Shown here one piece after another: positions 54,701 to 64,000 of a DNA stretch of 64,000 nucleotides. Origin of the DNA: Bugula neritina. Taxonomy: Eukaryota; Animalia; Bryozoa. The stretch spans positions 8,070,698 to 8,134,697 of the forward strand of contig OZ037765.1 of the NCBI GenBank assembly GCA_964035545.1. The letters are read 5' to 3'. Under the pieces are notes generated by a model. That model was not told the origin of the DNA. It did not search any database and worked only from the letters and a program-made list of their open reading frames with translations. A program made the translations under genes and the position numbers. Position 1 is the stretch's first letter. Every line of letters starts with the position of its first letter.

Positions 54701-57700
54701 GGTGATAAGGGCACAAATGGAAAAGTAGGAAAAATGGCACACTGATGTTAAATTTTCCCACGCCCTAAACTCAAACCCTCAACCCCAAACTCAAACCCCC
54801 ATTCCTAAACCTAAACCCCCACCCTAAACACCCAACACCACCCCAAACCCTAATGTTAAAAATGTGCCATTTTCACCTGTGCCATTTTTACCTGTGCCAC
54901 CATTTAGGTAAGTTTGTGTATTAATTTTTCACTCATTTTCAATGTAATTATGTATTAAGAGCATTTTACATATAAAATAAAAGCTATAAACATAATAAAC
55001 AGACAGCCAAAGACACATTATACTGTGTGCTAGATTTAAACAATTTCCAACATTTCACTATGAAAAGAATTTCTTTTATATATAGGATTTTCATTCATCT
55101 AGTTTCTAGAAGGTTTTCTGTTTAAATCATTAGAGCTTGACCTCCAAACAGTGTTTTTACATTGCAAAATACTATAAAGTTTGACAGATTAAATGCTTAT
55201 CAAATATCATTAGGATATGACCTAACATAGTGCATCTATGGCACAGGTTTTCCTCAGTATGCCATAAAAATTACTTTACTGGCTACATATCTTCATGCCA
55301 TACTTGATGTGTGCTAGTTGATAACAAACTTTTAATATAGATGTATATACAATCAAAAAATATAGAAATTCTGCAAGTCTAATTATAAACAGACAGTTAT
55401 AACGTGTTTAGTATGTCAAAAGGCACCTGATAAACATTGATCACACTTAAAGGTATCAGAGGGGGTGGCTGCGGCCGTCACTGTGGATGCCATAGGGGTG
55501 CAGGAAGAATGAAAGCTACGCTGACAGCCACCAGTGCAAGGTATGAGAGATCCTGAGCCATTGCCTTCATCTCCTTTCTCGCACACACCACAGACACCCA
55601 CTTTCTTCACACTGCATGTGGCGCTCAGTCTAAATATCTCAAATGTAGTGGGAGCCTTGCTGCATTCTCCAACCTAGTCATATATACAACTCATGTGGTA
55701 CAAGTTACACCAACACAACTTCATAGTATAGAGGAGATGGTAAACTTACACAGCTAATAATTAATTATAACAGATCCCATTGCAGCAGTGTTAAATCACC
55801 AGAGTTATATGATTGTGGGAAAGTGTTAACCAAGTGAAGCCTAGAAACCAGGGAGAGTTTCACCAACACTTGAATGTCTGCTCTGTGAGTAATAAGTTAG
55901 ATGTGAGGGACTAGACATAGCTAGATATGAAGTTATACGAAGGTAGAGAGCAAGGAAGGTCCATCACCATTGTGCAAGTTTTACAGCAACCCTAACACCT
56001 CTGGAAATACAGCAAATCAACCAGATATTACAGATTAATTACCCCTTTTCCTCCGTTCTGAAACACATAATTTGTCACAATATAGCAAGAGAAGCAAACT
56101 GCACACTCAATTACTTGGAGTTAATTCTGAGTCGTCTCCCCTATAGACAACGGATATAGAGGAGCTATGAGGAGCTACTTATAAAATGTTTTGTTTATAG
56201 AAAGTTTGACATACCAACTTATTTCCATGATGCTAGCTAACTATATTATTGATATATGAAATTTTTTTCCCTTCGAATTTAGTTAGTTAGAGGGTGGGAA
56301 AGTTGTTCAACTAATAGGAACAGACCATTTCATCATAGACCAATCAGATTAGCAGTTGTGGCAGTTAACAGTTGCAAATTGTACACAAAAATTATAGTTG
56401 CCTGTTAAAACATGGCTGAAATGCAGCTCAACTTGCAAGGTGAAAAATTGATACCCGTTTTCATTTAGCAAATTTCTAAACTTAAACTTAAGCATGCAAT
56501 TAGTGTAATGATTTCTTGAAATAAACAAAACATATGCAGCTCTAGAATTTTGTGTTTAGTGGATTAAATTCAACAATAATCCATGCAGTGGCAGGAACAA
56601 ACCTGAGTAATAAAAATGTATAAAAAAAATAAAAATTTAGACCAGTAACTGAAATAGAACTAGCACTGTAGTGAAAAAAAACCTTGCATATATTTGCAGG
56701 CGGAGTTAAAAGGCTCTATTATTTAGAGTGGTGTTTCTTGGAGAAGCCAACTTGGGAACAGTGGCCTTTCATGCCATTTAACTTCCACGAGCATTCATTC
56801 AAAATGTAGAAATGTGAGAACATACTAGCTTCATAACAATTATTACTGGGTCAAAGTTGACACTGGGGAGTTTTCTTCTCGGAACTTTTCATGCTGAAGA
56901 ATTCAATGCTAGTCAGGGCCAAAGCAGTAATTCCCTTGTACTTGAAGTAATCAGTATACAATTAATAGTTAATCTAAGCATACTAGATGTAACATCTGGG
57001 GTTAAATATAACTAGTTGTAGAGGCTGGCTGTTATCTTCAAGGGATATGATGTCACCAGTAACTAAACCAAAAACTGGATTGGAGATTGGAGAAGGGGTA
57101 GGGGATTTTTTTAAAACACTAAAAAGTGGATCAGCAACTGGTTTAGGTTGAGATTGATACACAAATGTAGTATTATACACGTGCTAATATAGACCTTAGT
57201 TGTTGCCTTTGATTTCATAGTAATCGGCACAGCTTCAGCAGACTTCCTATCAATAGACTTGGTGGAAGCAGATGAAGAAGTAGAAACTGTACGGGACTTT
57301 TTAACAGATGATGGAGTCACTTTCTTAGTTGGTGTTGTAGATTTCCTAATAGGTGAAGGTGTTAGAGGTTTAGCAGCTGGTGCTGCATTACTAGACTTAG
57401 CCAACTTTGTAGACATCAGTGTGGGGGCTGGAGACATGATATCTAAAAACAAATAATTAGAATCATTATTTAATTGCAAAACATTTTCATTTCAATTGCA
57501 AAATAGTATAATTTCTCAGCATTATTATAGAAATAGAAAAGTCACGTACCAGATTCATCAAAAGCGAACGGATCATCAACTGTGACGTCTGAATAGCTGG
57601 CAGAGGAGTTACTAAGAGATGTTGGTGGTGATTTTACAGAAGTATACTGTGACGGGCTCTCTGACCCCCGATGCTTGTTGGCGCTCCCGGAACTCGGGGA

Positions 57701-59186
57701 ATATTTAATTTTTTTGGTAGGTTTTTCTGCCATGGCTGTTTTCTTCCGCTTCACTGCAGATGGCTTACTAGATTTAGGTGGTGGTGGTAGAGATATGGAG
57801 GGAAGGTCAGATGAGGCAGCGGCAGCAGGTTGAGATGTGACTGTAGATGATGTTAACGAATCATAGCCTGGCATGTCATGGTACTGGAATGTGTAAAGTT
57901 GGAGACGCTGGTCAATACCTTCCACAGACAGAGCTCGGTCTGCAGACTGAGCAGATAACTCCCAAGCTGAACGTCTGCCTGGTTTGATCTGTAAGAATCG
58001 AGAATTTTGTGAATCAACAAATGCAGAAAGCTCTGATGTCAAAGCTTTGTAAGGAATTGTATTTGCTTAAGCTTGGCTGGAATAGAGAAAAGCTAATCTT
58101 TCAAGAAAGGATTTTTGAACAATTAGCTTTGTAACTAGCAGCAAATGGAAACTCTTTTATGAGCAATTAGTAACTACTATGAGACTAAGGCAGCATATTG
58201 TACACAGCCATCAAAATGATGACAGATTAGGTGTTCTGTGCGACAATTCAAAAATTTCAAAAGTAATCAAAATGAAAATTAATCACCTCAAATTTTTGGC
58301 AAGCCTGTTTTCTCTGAGCTTTTGTGCCAGCACCATCTATCTGTTTCTCTACATATTTAAGGAAATTGTCTTTGCCAGAGTAGGTTAAAGTAGCTGACTC
58401 TGTGACCCAACCACGCTCAGCCTCAGGTCCAAAGAATTGGCAATGGTAAGACTTATGCTGCCTAGCTACAACCAATAAAAAAAAGATATCCTTATTATTC
58501 AGAATACACTTTACTTATAAGCAGCTAAATATGACCCATTTCTCAATTTCCAACTACAACTTTCAAACCACATAGCTTGGTGATAATTACTAAGATCCGA
58601 GACTAAATACTAACTTGACAAAATAAGAACAGAGCTACGAAGACCACCCACTACAGAAACCTACCGTTTAGTTTCATATGTATCTTTAATATAGGATCTT
58701 GAGTAACCATGCAAGGCCAATATGGATGACCAGTCATCTTGGCCCATATCAGTTCTCCCGGCAGATACTTGGGTTTTATTTCGTTAGGCTTTTCAGAACT
58801 AATAGGTTTAGATGCTAGAGATGAGTTTATTTTAGGAGTATTATCAGAAAGAAGTGGGGGCGGAGGTGGTGGCGGCATCTGTGTACAGAGGTAAACACAA
58901 ATGCAGCCTATCAGTATAACACACGATTATTCCCTACTTTACTTTTGACAATATTCAGGTGACACTAAAGAGAAAATTCAGTTAAACATTATTTAAAAAA
59001 TAAAATTTTAGTTTCGTAATCAAAAATACAGTTTAATCACATTTCAAAATTTTTTAATGAGTAATAATGTACCTCCGAATTGTCCAGGGATGAAGTGTTT
59101 TCAGAATCAGAACTGTTCATAGCCTTCATTCTAACTTTAATTGGTGAATCATGTAGAGGTACTACTGCTGCTTTATTTGCATCCAT
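48713..59186 (-). CDS. NSD: NSD-family histone H3K36 methyltransferase (single co-ortholog of NSD1/2/3, Mes-4-like)
   Basis: Probable ATG at 59186. Domain order PWWP1 ([11 protein letters not shown]), PHD fingers (55673-53452), PWWP2 (RWWPSEI..HRGRVF), AWS, SET (RGWGL; [17 protein letters not shown]; ELTFNY), post-SET ([13 protein letters not shown]), PHD5-C5HCH ([14 protein letters not shown]). Confidence 0.95.
54664..54901. mobile_element. MITE-like element (family A, copy 2) in an NSD intron
   Basis: ATGGCACAGGT repeats on the left, ACCTGTGCCA repeats on the right, core of degenerate CCTAAAC/AAACCC units; homologous to 6066-6247. Confidence 0.8.
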
Positions 59187-60259
59187 AGTTTAGGACCACA
59201 CTCTGCTATAACAAATATAGTAATAAAATTTCAACAAGTTTAAATAGAAAATGCCATATTTATGTTACCAACACAATCTTAACAAACAGGTAAATTTTTC
59301 TTTATGAAATTGAAAAGCAAAATGGCTTCTGTCTTCCAAAGATTTGCGATAAGTCTGTATCAAAGAAAGTTTTGAAACTATTAAAGTTCAAGGGACTTAG
59401 TTTAAAATGAGACTGTAAAGAGTTATCCAAAGTGAATACCATATTTGGAACGAGAAATAATGTTTTTGCAACTTTTGGACAATGTTTTTGACAATATTAT
59501 TTATGCGACACCATAAAGTCATCAATAGATTGATGAAAAATGTTTAAACAATACTGATAACTGTCACAATTAATAATGCTGCAATGATCTATTTTATTGT
59601 CGTGTATTAATGCGAATTTGTCATAATGATAGTGGATTACTTACTCAAAATAATACCCTATCTTTTATAAGCAGTGAGAATGAGTTGGTAAGTATGACAC
59701 TGCCATAGCGGTAGTAAGTAAATTTTTAAATAAAATTTGCACAATCAACTAAAATTCAATATCAATTCGTATTTCCTGAAATTACGAAAAGCCTCATCAT
59801 TTAAAAATTAAGGCTTAGGCGTATTTTAACTTTGACTTGCAGATATAGGACATAACGCACTACTCTAGTATTCTAGTTTTATCCTGCCATCACATAACTT
59901 CAGGTCTGGCTGTTAGAAGCAACTGCACCAAGCCTACTCATTTAATAGCGTCATCATTGTGATCATAAATGATTGATTAATGATCATTAATGATTATCAG
60001 TTGAAATTTGAATGATATACTTAGAGTCTTCATAAAATAATTACAGCATATCAACTATAATCTTAATGCTTTTGGAGAATAGTTATGGTATTTTGATTTA
60101 TTATTCATCATTAAATTTTAAATAGTAGTTTCAAAAACCTACAAACCCATTCTCAATAGTTGAGTAGCTAGGTTCCTGTAGCCACCCACCAATTTCTACT
60201 AAATGTGCATTATCTACCAAATGAACATCGATATTACATCAATAAGTATTGACTTGAGT

Positions 60260-61100
60260 GCTAATCCTAATAGTAATACTAATACTATTACTAATAGTAT
60301 CACTAATACTTTTACATCAGTATCATATTCATAATAATAATTCATATTGATATTACATTTAGTTTTACAATTACTTATACTGTTATACTTATAGTACCTT
60401 AATTAACTTCAACTAAGTTATACTTATAGTAATTTATAATATTTATTATTTTATATTAATCTAAATTTAATACTAATAGTAATACTAATACTAATAATAA
60501 TAGCTATCAACTTCAACACTTAGTTACTGTTAGTGACTTTCATTTTGATATAAATTTATTTTTAAATATTAAAAATATCAAGTCTTATACTTATAGTTAA
60601 TGTAATACTAACAGTAATACTAATAGTGATACAGTAATACTATTAGTATTAGTATTACTATTACTATTAGTAATACTAATACTAATAGTAATAGTATTAC
60701 TAATACTAATAGTAATAGTATTGCTATTACTATTACTATTAGTAATACTAATACTAATAGCCATAGTAATATTATTACTATTAGTGTATTACTAATAGTA
60801 TTAGTAATACTAATAGTTATACTTATAGTAATACTAATAGTAATAGTAACACTAATAGTAATAGTAATACTAATACTAATAGTAACAGTAATACTAAGTA
60901 TAATACTAATAGTAATACTAATTGTAATAGTAATAGTCATAGTGCTAGCAATACTGTCAAATGTATATGTAATCGCATTGCTAAGCCCAAAGCCAAGCTC
61001 AATGGGCAATGGCCAATAGCCATGGACAACCGCAACCACCCAAAGTCAATGTGAATGTCAATCACAATCACAATGTGAATATCAATATGATTGATTGATC
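60260..61100. repeat. 6-nt-periodic A[C/G]T-(AAT/ATT) tract on the NSD side of the divergent promoter
   Basis: Near-pure units AGTAAT/ACTAAT/AGTATT/ACTATT at 60600-60950. Confidence 0.9.
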
Positions 61101-61387
61101 GAATGATTCTGATTTGTTCAAGACTTAGACTTCATCCTTTACTCTTAAAGTAAAGTGTAAATGCTGTATTACAATTTGCAGAGGCGCATTATAATTTGAA
61201 ACTCAAACGTAATTTTTTCAGTATTGCCAAATCTCACACTCAGTCAGTAAGTAACAGTGTGCTTATAGCCATAATATAAACTACACACTCAGAGGTTTTA
61301 AAGTTGACCATTTTCAACTTCGGCTTGAACTACCAGCAATCACATGTTGGGAGTCATCATACTTAGAGAATTTCAGCGGGCTAGTTT

Positions 61388-61411
61388 ATTGGTTTATAGA
61401 TTCGCGCCAAA
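61388..61411 (-). promoter_or_regulatory. CCAAT box and E2F-like site in the NSD/LETM1 divergent promoter
   Basis: ATTGG at 61388-61392; TTTGGCGCGAA on the minus strand at 61401-61411 matches TTTSSCGC; sits in a GC-richer island between two periodic tracts. Confidence 0.5.
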
Positions 61412-61699
61412 GAATTGATCATTTTTTTTAAAACGATATTGGGGTTGTCCGCTCAAATGCAAATGATGCTGCTCAAATCTGCTACAGACCTCTGCAGACA
61501 TCACCAACTCCATTAAAACTATTTATATACCGGTTTCCTAGTGTCATTTGCAGGTTGCTAGTTTTTATTGGTGTCAAACACAAATTTTGATTTATAGCAG
61601 AAAAATAATATCAAGAATAAGCATGCACTCTCTTTATGTAAGAATAAAAGGCAATAATAATAATAATTTAATGCTAGTTTTGTATCTGAATAATTCAAG

Positions 61700-62300
61700 T
61701 TTAGTTTACAGTATTCCTATTATACTTAGTATTACTAATACTGAGTAAATGTAATTGTAATACTATCACTATCAGTATCACTATCAGTATGAGTATCACT
61801 ATCAGTATCATTGCTTTTATTGATTATAGTTATACTTATACTAATAGTATAAGTATAACTATAATGGTAAGTATAATTATAGCAATTATTGAGTAATATT
61901 AACTATAGCATTAACTGCATTATAATTTATAAGACAACTAATAGTAATACTATAAGTATAAGTATAACTAAGTTTGTGCTTGCAGGTGTTAATGAAGTAA
62001 ACAACAAATAAGTATAACTATTGTCTATAAGTATAAGTATTACTATTAGTATTAGTGTTACTATTAGTATTACTATTGGTATAAGTTTTAGTATAATTAA
62101 CAGTATAACTATAACATTAAATTTAAGTTTAACTTCAACTATAGTGGTAGTCTTAGTCTATAACTATAAGTATAAGTAAACTATTACATTTACTTTTAGT
62201 ATTACTATTAATGTTAGTTTTATTATCGCTATGGGTATCATTTAATTATGATTATCATTGTGATTATGATGATTATAAATTGATTATTATATAATTAAAT
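61700..62300. repeat. 6-nt-periodic A[C/G]T-nnn tract on the LETM1 side of the divergent promoter
   Basis: ACTATCACTATCAGTATCACTATCAGTATGAGTATC, AGTATAAGTATAACTATA, AGTATTACTATTAGTATT. Confidence 0.85.
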
Positions 62301-62633
62301 TTAATATTGTAATATAAACTTGAAGTATAAAATATGTATTATTTATATAGATGTTGATATTCAATACATGGTTTACTATTCCGATTCGGATTCCAGTTTT
62401 TGTTGTAGTTTCAGTTTGTGGGTTTAAATTATTGAATTTGAATAAGTGTTAATAATAGCTGCATTACTGCTAGATCTAAAGTTAGGTCATTTTACTTTTT
62501 AGTTTTGCATAAATATTTAAATTTAAATTTTAGCAATAGCTCTGTCCTATCAGTGTCTCAACAATAACTTGCACTTCTGTATCATATTGGAGAATAAGTT
62601 GGAGCTGGGAGAAACTTACATATTTTGCATAAA

Positions 62634-63671
62634 ATGTTAAATAAAGGTAAGAATTAAGCTATTTTAGTATACCAGTGCTGTTTAACGACATAATTTTTAT
62701 TTAAATTAAAATAATTTACTTAGAAATAAAAGGTTGATATGTTGGTAGTTAAACGATAACTTGCTCAATGCAGCTGTTTTTCTCACTTTTTAAAACTGAT
62801 TTTATCCAAAGTTAGGCTTTTCTTGCTGCTTCAAAACTTTTAAAACTGCTTCAAAGAGAATCATTGCATGATAATATTTATGATTATTTTCTAATTTTAG
62901 GTATTTCTGCGCTACAAAGAAAAACTCTAATTTCTAAACATAGACACGCTATATTTTCCAGGTAACTTTATTAAGCTAATCATGTTGATTTAAACTGTAC
63001 GTGTAATCACTACACTAAATAACTGCATACATTCTGACTGTTGTTTGTATTTTGCAACAATTTTTAGACACCTGGTAAGATGTGGTTGGATTAGCATTGC
63101 CGACAAGCAGAGCTTACCCATATGTGAAAAACAAACATACACAGGATGCCATTTGTCGCACAGATGTTACAGCATTTCTTGTAAACAGCACTTCACTGTA
63201 TCACCGTCTAAATTGTTTGTAGTCAATGATACTAGATTTGTTCCATTAGTCAATTATCATCTCTCTTCACGTCTAAATGAGGATGCAAAAAGTATAGCAG
63301 ATAAAACTGTGCAAATTTTATCTGAAAAAAAAAGAAAAGAGCAGTTAGAGGAAAAGAAACAAGAAAGTAGTAGAAAAACAGAATTTGTCACGGATAAACA
63401 AAAACATCAACTAAAGGAAAAATTGGAGAAATCTGAGGTAGAAGTAAAACAGGCTATTGATGCTACCAAAGATGACAGCAACTCGACAAGTTCTCCCCAG
63501 TTATCTGTGATTACACAACCTTTGCATATTCGAGCATGGCGTCGTACAGTGAAAGAACTTAAGCATTACTATCATGGCTTTAGATTGCTTTTTATTGATG
63601 TTAAAATATGTACTCGGTATATTTGGGGAGTCTTGCATGGAAAGACTTTAACAAGAAGAGAACGAAAGCAG
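62634..63671 (+). CDS. LETM1: Mitochondrial inner-membrane LETM1 (3'-partial, continues beyond window)
   Basis: Exons 62634-62646 (MLNK), 62901-62961, 63069-63671 splice in frame. Basic presequence-like N-terminus, then [19 protein letters not shown]...[11 protein letters not shown], the start of the LETM1 domain. Confidence 0.92.
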
Positions 63672-64000
63672 GTGAACTTCTGAAATATAAAAACATATTA
63701 TGTATAATTTGTTGAAGAACTTGGTTTTCTTTTATTTGTTTGTTTAAAGCACAAACTAAAGAGGAATGCAGCTTAAATTTATAAATATTTAAATTTTTTA
63801 TTTCAGGTCTGTAGAGTTATGTTACTAGATGCAATTTCTGGTGACGAAGTTATATCATTTTGCAATATCTGGAGTAATTAGAACTTATTAGAAGGGGTTT
63901 TGCTTTTTATTTAGAGTAAAATTTTGAGATAGTTTATATAAAATGTAGAGGTGTATAAGTACTGAATTATTTAGTAATTACACCTAAAGATGGCAAAATT

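Noticed and set aside
60620-61039. 139-aa hydrophobic ORF (ITISITISI...)
   Set aside because: Translation artefact of the 6-nt-periodic tract.
61457-61516. ATG-initiated ORF in the NSD/LETM1 promoter island as LETM1 start
   Set aside because: Stops after 19 codons; the in-frame LETM1 start is at 62634.

Overview
AT-rich, intron-containing genomic DNA from an invertebrate animal (species not determinable from the sequence); nothing prokaryotic and no CRISPR array. Eleven protein-coding genes can be rebuilt from GT-AG exons: a 5'-partial non-catalytic ADAM of the mind-meld/UNC-71 type (+), a divergent RERG/RASL-like small GTPase (+), NDUFB10 (-), RPL3 (+), IFT140 (-), peroxisomal DECR2 (+), two divergently oriented actins encoding the same protein (-/+), BNIP1/Sec20 (+), an NSD H3K36 methyltransferase (-) and a 3'-partial LETM1 (+). 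RPL3 introns 4-6 each hold a box C/D snoRNA with an 18S rRNA guide, and intron 3 holds a structured candidate poison exon. Mobile DNA includes a tRNA-derived SINE with a 17-bp target-site duplication, two MITE-like families and a decayed LINE between the actins. The most unusual signal is a family of strand-symmetric, 6-nt-periodic A[C/G]T-nnn tracts concentrated in promoter-proximal introns and flanks and not seen in internal introns. NDUFB10-RPL3 and NSD-LETM1 keep the head-to-head arrangements known in human. Exon coordinates, translations and counts were done by eye and may be off by a few bases; homology calls are from memory, not from searches.
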